The notes under the pieces: model-generated
The model's input: the letters and a program-made list of their open reading frames with translations, nothing else
Told to the model about the DNA's origin: nothing
Database searches by the model: none
Shown: positions 11,860 through 25,700 of the stretch, piece after piece
Layout of the letters: every line of letters begins with the position of its first letter
Numbering within the stretch: the stretch's first letter is position 1
Assembly: GCF_022045235.1 (NCBI RefSeq)
Contig: NW_027266264.1
Location: forward strand, 66,526,001-66,590,000
Direction of reading: 5' to 3'
Source: Haliotis cracherodii
Taxonomy: Eukaryota
Length of the DNA: 64,000 nt
Program-made: the position numbers and the translations under genes

Positions 11860-14800
11860 TCAGAAGTGAAATATGATTTTATTTCTTAAAGAGGTAGTGT
11901 ACTTCCTTGTGTCTTCATTGTATGTAGAAAAGTACTGCATGTAGCTCGCTTTTTGGTCATTGTCCCAGTGATAGTTTGATACTGATGACAAAATGTGGAA
12001 CTCTTCTTCAACACTTTTGGGTTTTATTTTTTTTTTCAAGCTGCTGAAGTCCACAGGGTCATCTACAACGTGGTTTCCATGGATTCTGTGATCCTTTAGA
12101 ACTTGCAAAAGTGTATCAGTGTCATGAAGCCCAAATATGTGTAGAGGCCTGTTAAAATAGTCAAATAAAAGTGTTACTATCATAGGTGAAGGGAGTACAG
12201 TGAAACACAACAGCAAGATCAAGATACAATACGTATTGCAATGTGCATATTTACGTCAAATCATGTGGAAACTTCTAGACTATAAAAAGGTAAAGATAGC
12301 TGTAGACATGTTTTGCAGCGGTTATTTTAATTAGTGAACTTGAAACCCTAATTACAACACATTTCGCGATATTTGACTGACAAAAATGCTGGGTGTCATC
12401 AAACGAGCAGTAAGTAATTAATTTTATCAAGTGTCGATATCGTCTTGTATTGATACAAAAAAATCACGATGCATCGATGCACCAATGTGCAGTTTCACCC
12501 AAGAAGGGAGTAGTGAGTGAGCAAGATTGGGACGGTTTGTAAATAAGCAAACTTTGTGGTAAATGAAACTTGATAATATCAGTCAGGTGAGCTAAAAACA
12601 AACACTGACTTTTGTTTATTGACTATTTGGTTACATTCATAACAGGAGGAGGATGCACAATGATGGCCTTTCAAAGTTTAGCATTTGTGAAATGAGAGTG
12701 ATAATGGCACTGCCAAGAAAAAAACATTTATACTGTAACTATGGAACTTGTATATAAAGAATACCTGTCACATATGTGATTTTCATCTGCATTCTTCTTG
12801 ACACAGTGGAAAATCACAGATGATACCTGAAGCTTGTTGGATAGGTCTTCAGACTGTGCAAGAATGGACAACATATCAAACACTACTTTGCATATACTCC
12901 ATCTGCTGTTGAAATACTGGCTGTAGCATTGTCTCTTGGGTCCTGAAAAACAAAACAACATTGCTCTGATTAACTACAAAAGTTTTTAAAAAGTCTAATT
13001 TGTTCTTCTTATATTCATGGCCAACTATACTTTATTATGTTTATACTTAAAGAAACACAAGGCTGAAAGAAACCCATGAAAATTACAAACAATGAAAAAA
13101 CCTGATGATGTATGATGATGCCTTGAACAAACCTAATCAAACATTACAATAATGTTATTGCTATACAATCATAACAACTGCTGTTAAGGTAGTGGTATGT
13201 GCATAATAAGAGATGAACATGATGAATGTCAACATACTTTGAGTTCAATACAGCTACTCCACAGATTACTCAGGGCTTGACACATTGGAGTGCCATACCA
13301 GCAATAGAAACTAACAGTTTTAGTACACTTGTCCTTATAATGATAACATACAGCAGAACCCTTAAAAAGGGTAAATTTCTACTTGTACGTATAATACCTT
13401 AACTAATGGGCAGTACTGCAAAGGACTACAGGACTCGAGCAGTGGTATGTAGAATTCAATACTTGGACAACCAAATATGCTCCAAGTACTTATTCAGTGG
13501 CAGATGCATTTACTGAGGAAAAATCAATTATTTCCTTCAATGAAGGTTTTCAGAATTTTTGTGGACAAATATAAACATAATATCAGCACAAGTGAATGTA
13601 GACATGCCTTGTCCTGTGGCTAGTAGATATATTTCAGATTTGTCAGCCACTGAGGATTTCAATTTTGTTTATTATTTACAGCTGCCATTATAAACTGGTA
13701 GTTGTAATATTGGTGAATGCAGCATTTAACAAACGAAAAGACAATGGTTGCAATTAACTACTTTTGGATATAAAAAAAACAGGTTGTGTTTTAGGATTTT
13801 CAATTATCTGTGGACTTTAAGATTAGTGGCAGCCATATGGTTAATTTTAGGAACAATCAATCTGAGAATTAAGCCACTAGTGGGCAGCCTGAGTCTAGTA
13901 AAAGTCTCTTTTTGTCTAGTAATGCCATATGATAACACTAAAATATACTGAATATGATGCTAAGAACCAAGTTTGGGCTCGTAGTCTCAAAATAAACTGA
14001 TCAAAAAGGTTTTCCTCGGTGAACAAGAAAATGCAACAAAGGTAACAGAGATTTCCACACAACTTATATCATTACTGCACATATATGTCCAATAAAATAC
14101 AAATTGATTCATACATGGAAAACTGGCTGACAAAGGAACCAGAATTAAATTCAAATTGAGAATTTGTACCAAATTACAATGCTCAATAAAATGCTTCCAA
14201 TATATCAAAGATTGTCAACATGCCATTTAAAATGCTTGAACTGAAATTTCAGATTGTTGATAACCAACCATGGCATGTAGGAAACTGTCAAACAATGGCC
14301 CATTTTGAGCTACTTTTTACAGCACAATATATTTATCTGTATACATTACCATCAGTATGTCCATTCTGTTTCACATGGCTTTTGCTTTGAGAGAGTGCTG
14401 CCTTTTCTGCTGTAGAACTTTCTTGTTCAAGTCTTTGTGGGTGAGTATTCTTAGGACAAAAAAGATATAAAGTGCATAATTCATAAATGTTTCATATTCA
14501 GGGCTGCACCACTCATGCTATATAGGCTAGTAAAGTAACACATAATCAGTCTCCAAAAACTGCTAAGACTACTACTGGTACTAGTCTGAACTCGGCTCTT
14601 AGGATCATTTTCAGTAGAATGTAGTGTTGTTATATGGACTATTCTTAACTGCGTTTAATAGACCAAACAGAATTTTACTAGCCTTGGGCTTCCAACTAGT
14701 GGCTAAAGTTGCAGACTGCTAAATGCTATACAGATAGATAATAATAATTTTCTGACTTCATGAAATTGGTATGAATCCATACTATGATAACTGTATTAAA

Positions 14801-17800
14801 GGACAGACATTACTAATACTTAACAACATCACCTATATGGTAAAAGTTGAGTGCCTCCGAATCCGATTCCTAAAGAACATTGGAAATGAATGGCATGATT
14901 CCAGAGAAGCATCCACTTTCAAAATAGGACACAAACATCTGACTTCCCTGTGTAAAGGCAATGGAGTAGAAAATGCCTTGCACAATATCTGTGGCCGCAG
15001 CTAGGTCTAAGACTTTTCTTTCCATTTCGGGGAGTTGTCTACGAGTTTTGGAGAAAATGCCGCTGTTAACAAGGTCTGAATCCATCATAGCAGAGAAAAG
15101 TATGGCTCTGTTACATTTATTTAGAGTCTCCAATACAGGATCTGCAGATTGAAAAATAATCATATGTATATAGAATTGAATCATGTCATGTTTTTGTCTC
15201 AACGCAACACTCAGCATTATGTTTATAATTAGGCTTGTGACAGTAGTTTGTTTGTTATCTATTATATTAACTTAATCGAAGATATCATTAAATATTGTTT
15301 ATATTAATTTCGGCAAAATCGTGATTGAACTCATCTTTTTTAGTTAACGGACTATAAAAGCCCAGTTTCCATCCTTGCCAAACTAGGCTGGAATTTGCTT
15401 TTAAGAGTTATGTCCCTTCTATGTCCCTCCCAAACAGCAATCTTAACAGCAGTTTACGAACCACATGTCGATTTTGTAATGCAATTTTGATTGGACTATG
15501 CATAGACTCGTAGTCCAGCCAAAACATAACTTAGAATTTCCAGCCTAGTTTGGCAAGGGTGGAAGCTGGACTTTTAAAGTAATTTTTTAAGTAAACTCCC
15601 TTGCCTAGGAAAGATGGTGTGAACTGATCAGCAGATCGCACTAAACTCACCATTATTTACAATAACTCTACTGACCCCTTAAAATGAACCTGAGGAGTTA
15701 GAGACACAATGTATTTCTATCACAGTATTACAAATTCTTCTCAGTTATGATTTTGGGTATTTTTTAAAGTGAATAACCGATAGATAAGGAAGAAAATGTG
15801 GGATGTACAGCTGATTGCTATGTCAGGCTTATTTTTTTAAGAGACAATTACATACAGTAATATTAATCTCATCTAAAACAATGCCTAGCATACAGTAAAT
15901 ATATAAATATCAAATCATTATCTCCAGTGATTTTCCTGCAAATTTCACATTTGCATTGGCCAAGTTTGCAAATGGCAAAACAAGCACACAAACTCCTCAG
16001 AATCTGCCACCATGATCCAAACAGGAGATGTGCAATAGATCAGTGCTCATGTAACATGATGTAAAGAGAAGTAACTCTGCACTCTATTTTATCAGGTTTA
16101 TCCTAGTATTGCAATATTTCACTGCTGAGGTTTGTGTTCCAGACACGGAATATTAACTGATGTTTTTTTAATGGAAAAAAAAATCCTGAAATGTTCTGCA
16201 GACTTTATCATGATGCGGTTGTGACTGAGAACCAAGACTATTTTTTTAGTCAACCATAGCAGTTTGAGTTGTCATTACAATTTAAAAGATACAACAGCAG
16301 TCTAAGGCCACTATAACTTAATGACATGTTAATCTGAATGGGTTTTTTTTGTTTACAGGTACTTTGGGATTTTTTTTTTAATGTAATACAGGTTAAAAAT
16401 ATAGAAATAATTGTGCCAAATTTTTTACGTTAGATGCAAATAAACAAAGAAAAACGTTATTTTACCTCGAGATGGTCCAATCAAAACAGTTGAAAGAGTA
16501 CTTGGTCCACCAAGCTCTGGCCGTGTCAACACGTAGGATGTCCGCTAACAGAGACAATGCCACTCTGAAACAAATTTAGAAAATTAATAAGGTACGGCAC
16601 AGGAAGATAGGTTTGTGGAAATCTAAACACAATTATCTTGCTCTAGCATTTGGATGGTCTCATTTGTGAAAGCTTTAGAAGTGACTAGTTGAGTTAAATA
16701 TCTGTTGTGAATTTTCTGTTGCATATTCACAACAGGTGCAACTACATGTAGATCTTGAGTAGATTCTAACTTAGCGTTATGTACCAGAGAGCAAGAACTA
16801 TGCCAGTCCCTATATAGTTCTTGGTCCCAGAACAATAATTTGGCAAATTGGTATCACTTGGTGGGGGGGAGGGGGGGGGCAAAGGGACATATGCATTTTT
16901 GTATAGCCTAGTATACATTAGTCATATTATATGATAGCAAGGTTTTTACGGCAGCTTATTTATAGAAATGACCTTTGACATTTGAGGGTGTCTAAAAATA
17001 GTAACAAATATTAAACATTGGAAATGAAAGATTTTCTGTCCCTTTTACCCATTTAAAGCATAAATGTGTATGTCTTATGATACTTTAATATCATATAGCC
17101 ATATGTATGCTCATCTGGGTAGTGAAATGATAACATGTAATTATTTTAGACCTTTTTCGTAAGTTGGGCATGATTTTGTCCACCACAAGGTATCAAAATC
17201 CCAATAATAGAAAATAGAATCTGTTAGCAATCTTGATTGTCATTAAGGTTTTGTCTACTGATTCTCCATCCACAATTTCATTGAAACACAACTAAGTCAC
17301 ACTTGAATTCATGGTACCTACATGCACTAGTGTGTCCAAGGTCAAGGTCAACATGAGATAACATGCAATCCCTCTTATGCTGAGTGGTTGAGATTCGGGA
17401 AGACTCTATGTCCATCTTGTTAACCTTTAGCCTGCTGAATTATTTTCACACTTCTTACCCCTGCCTGCTGGATTAATTTTAGCATAAGGCGCTCTAAAGA
17501 GGGTGGGTGATTTCAAACAGTCGGTGACTCATTAAACAAGGGCCAATTGAAGAAATATTTTGCACATTTATTCCCGATAGAAAACTACACAATTCTATAT
17601 AAATATATCCTGGTGTTTTCACAAAAAAAATTTGTAAATTTTCTTGAACTTACCTGAATTTCGTTATTGAAGGTGGTTTGCATTTCATGCTAGGAACCTT
17701 TTAATATCATAACATTTGTGCAAATTGATTTCAATAATCATATCTCAGATAGATTAATTTTAATTGAGTAAAAATTCGGGTTTTATAATCGGCATATATC

Positions 17801-20800
17801 AGCGTGATGGTAAACTATGAACCATTTCAGTGAATTTATTATCTAAACGTTAAACAGAAAAATATCTTAATTTTCGAGGTCATCATGTCGGTTGCAGAAA
17901 TACGAATATTTGGGTTAATCTGATGTGTCATGTTATAAAATTTGCAGGAAACAATTAATGACTTATAAATATTTACTAATTCTAATTTCAAGCGTTTTGG
18001 TTGAATATTTACGATATACAAAAATAAACAACCCGTGTCATGATGCTAGCAGACGTCCTTAAATCAAACATGGCGCGTTTCGCCCGACCTCCGCATGACT
18101 TATTGCTATTTTGATATCAACAAAGTTATGTTGCCTTTATAAATATAACTTGGCGAAAGTTGACGATCTTCTAAATCGAAGAATGTTTTATTCATCATAT
18201 TCCAATAAATATGATGTGAAGTAACAACATGAGGGTGAATGTTTTGTGGTAGTGGTACAGCATCTTCTTCAGCCCATGCTAGCTTTTGGAGGCATATTGC
18301 AGTCTCAATTTCTTCAAATTTTGGGCATGAAACAGCATGACCAAAATGGTTCAAAATTTGAATAATTTCAACATTGCCAGTGAGAGTCTTGACAGCAAAC
18401 AGAAGCAAAATTTGCTTGGGTGTAATTGTTTTACCACCAGTCACTGCATAAACAAGGTCTTGACCAAAGGAGTCTGAAAGAATTTTTGTTTTCTCCGACA
18501 TGAATACTGGTTTCACATCTCCAGTGAGAAGAATTTCCAGAAACTCTTTTACAAGAAGAGGAACAAACTTGGATGGATTTTTCAAATCTGATGGTTGTGG
18601 TGGCCATGGCAATTCGTCTTTCATATTCTTTATACACTTGCACAGTAGAATTGCAGCTTCCTGTACAACTTTCTCTGTGTCACTCTTTGTCCTCCAAATA
18701 TTCAACTCTTCTTGCATCTTTTGATTTTCTCTGGCAATGGTTTCAATAGATAGGGTGTTTGGTAAAAGAAGAAGCTTGCCTTTGTTGTCAGTAAATATGT
18801 GAAGGCTGTCACCAAATTCAGAACTAAGTTTACGATGCAGGTGCTTCATTGTTGATGCCTTGATTTCCTTGCATCCAGCATTTTCAAGCAGACTTCTCAA
18901 CTTACTAGCAAGGTCTGTCATCTTGAGCACAGATGGGTTTGAAAATATTGTGGTTCTAATGTACTCACAAACTTCTTCAAAGGCAATTGATACAGCATGT
19001 TCATAAATTTGATCTTCTTCAAGAGTTGAATGGTGATACCTCTCTTCATCCCTTGTGTAATCTCTATAGCAACTTCTGTGGTAGTGTACCTCAGCTGCAA
19101 CAATATCTCTGCTAGTAACTGCAAGGATTTTAGAATCTAACTTCAGTGTTGCTATTCTCCTGAGAGTTTCATCAGTTCTAAGTTGTGACGATATTACTAA
19201 CTGCTCCCTAGAGTTGGTGCCTTTTTTATACTTGGTCTTGCTGCAAAATACACATTTTGCCTCATGCACAGTTGTTGAAGAATGGCCTGACCTGTTCAGT
19301 TTCTCTCTCATGAGAATAGACTTTGTTGTTGCTTCAGGTGACAGGAACTGTTTCAGATCTCTTTCATTTGTAAATCTGCTCCGACAATTTCGGTGGTACA
19401 GCAGTGATGGAAATTAATCTTCTTCTGTTATTTCCGCTATTCTTAAAATATTAGCATAGTCTCGAAGTTTTGCTGCTCTGAATAGTGTTTTCCACAAAGA
19501 AACAGAAGACAGTGAGGTTAAATTTGAAGAAGACTCTTCACAAATGATGCAGGATTCATTGTAGCTCTTCTGTTTGGACAAGATGGAAACATCTTCATCA
19601 GATTTCTCTGCCATGGTCCACTGCCTTCATAGATAGGTGCTGCAACCAAAAGGTATTTATAAGTCCAGTGCAAACCTGTTAACATAAAAGTAAATTTATT
19701 TCAAAGATACAACTTAAGACTAGCCCAGCAAAACATATATCGTAATAAATAATCATCTATTGCATATTATATAATCTGACCAGCAAATCTCTGAGAGGAC
19801 TACACTGACATTTTCCCTATAAAGATTCCTTAGAGATTGTTTACACAATAAACCCATCAGAAATAAAGAAAATTAAAAAATTGGGCATAGCTTCCACGTG
19901 CCCGGTTGAGGGAGCATGAACGCTCAATTTCTCCAACCCCCCAACCCATGAGTCACAAGGGCAACTGCCACATGTATGCAATGACTCCCCCATTCCCCAA
20001 ACAATATGATCACAAATATCAACTTACTTGCAACAAATGTTTCTCTAATTGGTCTTAATAGAACAGCACATATTATTACATTATAGACATACATTCTTTT
20101 TTTAAAACAGTAATATTCAACAGAGTACTCATGCCATAATAATATAGTCTTAAGAAAATACTATCTTCTGTTGTTTGTTTACAGTGTCACAACAGATCTA
20201 ATTGCCAAATCTTTGCATAGATACATTAAAACAACAAGAAGCATTGCACATTGGATAACTAGTAAATGTTTTTTAACTGCTAACTCCCAACTTTGAGGAT
20301 CATTTGTATGTTAGATTTCATTTTTGAGCAGATTAAAAGAAAAGTTAATTGGACTATATTTAGACATGACCAATTTCTGAACAATACTTTACCTTCTCTT
20401 ACAGTGTAACAATATTCAAATAAAAAATAACGCATGATAATTGGACAGCAACAGTAACTTACATTGTATAGACCTTGGTTCATTGATGAAATTTCATATG
20501 TAGCAGTGCATGACAAGAAATAGTAGACCTCTGTCAACCAGTGCTGAGACCTGGTCCCATGCTGCTGCCACCTTGACTGTGCTAAAAATAGCATGTGGCT
20601 ACTACTAGCCTGCAATTTGTTCCACAATATGTAATTAGCTGGCTGCAGCAGGGCACTAACTAAAAGTGGCTATAAATGTTACAAGCTGTGAAATTAACTT
20701 TGCTATCACATAAAATCATGTTAAACACATTAATGTGTAATGTTTGGTATATGTGACACTTTGCCCCTCCAAGTGGTACCAAAAACAAGGACTAATAGCC

Positions 20801-21750
20801 TTGATAATTATCATTCGCACAGTGGACTGTAGATAATGTGGTCTCGACTAGCTGCAGTAACCAGATACTAGCAGCACAGATACGTTTACTGCAGCTAGGT
20901 CTGGACAAGACAATACAGTGACTGACAATACTAGACCCATGCCTTGGGGTATTGATGATACCTAATAAACCAAATAACTAACCATGACCACTATGGCTGT
21001 CACATTTCACCGATGTATTTCAAATTGCTACAGGACAATATGACCAATATGATACACCAACCTATATTTTCATTTAATGTCAGTTATACTATGATACTGT
21101 AGGAATAAATTAACCAATCATACAAACATAAACCATTTGACATCAACGACATTTTGTTGTCTGTTGGTTGGTATGGAACATGAAGAATTCACACAAATTA
21201 TATAATGCGATTTGTATCATATAGTGAATCAAACATGGCAATAAGTATTGTATCATGAAGTAGGTGTATCATGACACCCTTACGGATTTCCGGGTTCACT
21301 AAGTCGCTTGGTATGACAAGCTTAGGGTAATGGAGGCCTTTAGCCTATATCGACAGGCCTAATGACCTATTTTAATGACATGAAACAAAATGATACATTT
21401 GACATTCATGATAAACCCCAGTTTTGCCTGATATGACAAAAAAAAACGCACCAAATGTTTGCAAATTGTGTTTCCATCAGAACCCACACCTCATATAAAT
21501 TGGAATAACATCTGAAATATGTAGTTCTTTAATAATAGTACAAGTTTTGTAGCCGCCATGAATTTTGGGCGCCACCTGTCACGCGCGACTGCCTAGTAAC
21601 GCAATGTACATGAAATAATATTACTTATGAGTCTGAACATAGTTAAATGCATAAACCTTTGCGAGGAAATGCGAATAGGATATCAGTAAACCATATAACT
21701 GTACTTTAACACTGCATATTAGTTAATACTGGTACAATTCTTACCGCCAT
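11860..21750 (-). CDS. Uncharacterised multi-exon protein-coding gene (~294 aa), no family recognised
   Basis: Phase-compatible exons: 21750-21745 (ATG GCG|gtaaga; tentative), 17415-17318 (MDIESSR...HTSACR), 16564-16466 (VALSLLADILRVDTARAWWTKYSFNCFDWTIS), 15062-14948 (or from 15107; GIFSKTRRQLPEMERKVLDL...IAFTQ), 14449-14350 (or alternatively 14869-14833), 12942-12765 (GPKRQCYSQYFNSRW...ICDR), 12148-11860 (PLHIFGLHD...KIIFHF*). All junctions are GT-AG except the donor at 14947 (GG). AATAAA lies near 11570 on the minus strand. Confidence 0.6.
17420..18210. mobile_element. Probable TTAA-type (piggyBac-like) non-autonomous element fragment
   Basis: Starts TTAA-CCTTTAGCCTGCTG, with an internal repeat of GCCTGCTG at about 17463. 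No matching other end found. Confidence 0.35.
18106..19614 (-). pseudogene. N-terminal fragment of a large DNA-transposon ORF (Academ-like)
   Basis: ORFs 19414-19614 and 18106-19311 are in one frame, separated by a single TAA. Motifs CxxC, YHRNCR, DIVAAEVHYHRSCY, SFGQDLVYAV…TPKQ…TLTG…LNHFGH…EEIETA. The ORF runs into unrelated sequence near 18215. Superfamily assignment is from memory of such motifs. Confidence 0.65.
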
Positions 21751-22564
21751 TACTGCGTTGTAGATGTAACGTGTCCTGACCTGAAACGAGAGAGAAAACG
21801 CAGAAAACAGTTGCTGAAAAGAATAATAGTATGCAAAATAAGTTACAGTAACAAACAAGAACAGCATACAACAACATCCAACAAAACGAATCCAACTCTT
21901 TAGAAGGCAAAGTGTCTTGGGGCTACGCTAGAAATTTGATTTGCAGCTGAGCCAGAGAGACGCATGTGCTTTCAGCGATACTACGCGAACGATAACTGCA
22001 ACCAGTTATCCCGCCGTGTTCGATTAAGGTGAAGGCTATAGGCTAATTGTTTTAATAAATTCATTACTTTAGAATCCAATAATGGTGTTGATATCTGGTT
22101 ACAATAACAAGGTGGTAACTTGGAATAAACACCTAAAGTATAGAACAAAAACTTAATTCAACATATTCAGCTCTCATATGTGAGATTATGTAGCGTACTA
22201 TTCGGCTGATTACAAACGCAAGCGAGCTCTGATGATAGGTCCACTCACATTAACCAATGAAAACCACAGACATATATTTAGCTTATTACATATGCACGTG
22301 AACTCCAATGAAGGTCACACATATATTAACACATATATGAACCAATGAAAACCATGCTCCATTTAACTGTCACGTTCCTTCTGCTAGGCGAGGCGAATAT
22401 ATGGAAGATACTTACTGCACCTAATCTAAATACTTTTAAACGGGCAATAAAATATTGGTGCAAGATATTGTATATGTCATATACTACCAGATCCCGTTAG
22501 TCTCCTCTTACGACACGCATAGTCGCCTCTTGGAGACCAATATACATTCTTGGGTAATTCTTTC

Positions 22565-22620
22565 GCGGTATATAGAACGTGCAACGATAATGACGTCACG
22601 CCCAAACTGATGACGTCGAA
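22565..22620 (+). promoter_or_regulatory. CRE-type sites upstream of the secreted-protein gene
   Basis: Perfect TGACGTCA at 22591-22598 and TGACGTCG about 20 bp downstream, about 100 bp upstream of the ATG. Confidence 0.35.
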
Positions 22621-22709
22621 CACAACTGAAGCGAAAGACAACATTCGATAAACACGATGAAAGAAACTTAAACCATTATCCAGCATGTCATAAGTAAACA
22701 ACGTTCTCA

Positions 22710-25700
22710 ATGTGGAAACTGATAACACTTCTGTGCATACTTCTTCTTTCATGCGTTTCATTTACATTGACCCGAGAAGATGATGCTGAAGAAGTTGAAG
22801 AAGAAATGTAAGAATTCATTTGATTCCGTCATCCTGATTTCGGTTAGACAAGTCCTAACAGGCCTAGGTCTCTTATTTACCGTACTATACGTATATAACA
22901 GATTATAGATGTGCTTAGTTAGATGGAAAATATGGAAACAATCGATATTGCTTGTTGTTGCATAAGGGGACCGACTTTCCTTGCGATATCATTCTCAGAT
23001 CATGACATGATGAACTATACCGTCAATGATGAACAATTTAGCACACACATAGATGAGCAAGGTGTTATTGCCGTTAATTTGTTCACTACTGTACAATTTG
23101 TAATATTTTGTTCACTTTGATGGTTAGGGCTTCATCTGTGAGGTCATGAGAGACCATGTGGCTAGGAGGGATAACTCTCAAATGGCGTTTCTTGCATTTT
23201 CTTGTATGGATAGTTTGAAATAAGTTTAACTTTATGAACATTTGTTTCCGTTTCCTATCATTTTAATTTATGGTTTTAATAATGCAGTCACTTAATGCTT
23301 ATTATAATTTCAGTTTAATTGTTTTAATTGATCGTAAATTTAAGAGATCCTAATTTGCATGACCTAGTACCCATTTCAAGTCTTGGTGTAGACACATACG
23401 CCATGTGAGAAACTGAGTAGGTATAAAATATCTTTGTGCACTTTTGCAGGGATGCAACATTCTCTGAAACCCCATTTGCTTGCCTGATTAGTGATAACAT
23501 ATGGGGACTCTTCTCAAAATGTTCAAATTCTATTAGATGTCAGGATGCATCAGTCAAACTGACTCCAGCTTGTGGGATATTGCCAATTTTCATTCCAGAT
23601 TATGGAATAACTATTAGTGAGTAGTGATCTACATCATTACATGTGAGTTAACAGCAAAAGCAGGTTTAACAACTCATAAGTACATTGCAAGTTATTCCAT
23701 GGCAATTTATTGGCTATTGATATAAACCAACCAAAAAATCAAGCCACTTTCAGCGGTAGAAACTAGTAGTTTTCATCTACTTGTCCTTATAATGATAACA
23801 TATAGCAAAACCCTTCAAAAGGGCCAATTTCTACTAGTCCTAATGATACCTTAACTATTGGGCAGTTTGGCAAGGACTATAGTCTATAGGACTAGTGCCA
23901 ATTTCTAACACTGCACTTTATAGCTTTAATAATTGCTTGGATGCTAAATAACCAAGAACTTCTACTAGCCTAAATAGTTATAACTTACAGCAATACCCCA
24001 AAATGTTTGAAATTCTGCTACCCCTTAGGATACCTTTAACAATACCCAAAATCGAATACATTACCTCTATTACATCATACATTCACATATTATCCACTTA
24101 TTTAGTTTGCCTGAATTCAAAATTCACTTGTACAGGGCATCGGGCAATAGGATTTTTTAACATCTGAAGTAGTCATAACTCATATGTTTCTGCTATGACA
24201 ACTCCATTTACCATTTTGTATACAGGTTTTTTGCTAGGAATGACTTTGTGATTCTATTTCAGGAAAAAGATGAATCGTCTGAAGAAATTATTGAACCAGA
24301 TATCAAAAAAATTGAATTCTTCAAAAGAGGCTCACAAAAGGAATGAACAAAAGAGAAGGCCGAAAGGTGTGGGCAAGTTTTATCTCTATGTAACCATGCC
24401 TGGAATAGACAAGTTAGAACCATTAGGCCCTGTAGCTCACCTGCATTTGTCTGGAATATTTGAATCATAAAATTATTATACATCAGCTTTTTACAAAGTG
24501 TACACAATATTACAAGATGAGTTGCTACACAACAAACAAACTTGCATATTGACATTATGCGATAAGAAAGTCATTCGCCTGTCAATGATAGCAGCCATAG
24601 CCTATTTGAATGTCAAAGGTCAGAAGAGAAGACAGAAAGGTGTGGGCAAATTTTATCTCTATGGATAGTCAAAGGTCAGAGTAAGAAAATCTTCTCTCAT
24701 AGGCTAAAAGAAAATCGAAATCATGGTTTTCAGGCACTGCCCGCATGAGCATGTTTCGTTTTTATTTCAATTTTCATAAAAATAAAATATTCCAAATACT
24801 TAATAACAGTGCAGGGGGCACAGGTGGCCCAGTCATCTGAGGTGCGCAATTCCCTGTGCAGAGTTGCGTCCCTTGGGGACGCCCGAAACCTATGGTTTTG
24901 GGTTCGAATCCCAGTTCGCCCCGATTATATTTCTAGGTTTGTCAGCACCATACCCGTGCTCGTGGGTTTCACCAAAGTGGTAAACGTCTAAGACCTACAT
25001 CACTTCATACTTTCCTCCCACATCAAGCTGACACGCCGTGATATAACTGGAATACTGTTAATAGCGAAGTTAAACCCAACTCACTCATTCAGAGTCACTA
25101 AAAACAATGAGATTCAATATAGCACATCTCCTGTTTATGCAAGGAGGCTCTTTCCAAGTTGATGGTACACAACTGTTTATTTGGTTACATACTACTTTTG
25201 AACAAGCAAAAAAAACCAACAAAAAAAACCGCCGCACTATATTTTCAAAAGTCATTGCCAGAGTACCAATTCTTATGTATTTTTTTAAAGCCATATCAAC
25301 AAACTTTTACAATAACGACATTTGCAGTGATGACTAACCGATGAGCAAGAAATGTTCAATATGGCTGCACTGTAAGCTACATAATGTCAGTGGTCATAGT
25401 AGGGTAAAAAGGTTTAAATATACCAAAGTATGGTATGTTATCAGCATTACTGCATGTCAAAGTTCATTTACTATTCTGGCCATGTTTATTCAAATCAGAA
25501 TTCTTTTCTAATTTCAAAGAAAGCAATGCATCATTGGCTTTGTGGTTTCAGAGGAGATAGTGACAGTGTAACATCTTAAGTCAGACAACTGTCAATACAC
25601 ACAACAACTTGCGCTCTCATATTACTTAAGTTCACATGAGGTGAAAAATACCACTTACCCAAGTCTAAAACTGCAAGTTGGGTAATGGCTGGAGATCATC

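Noticed and set aside
22086-22479. Possible solo LTR (TG…CA) in the divergent promoter region
   Set aside because: No TSD and no second copy in the window.
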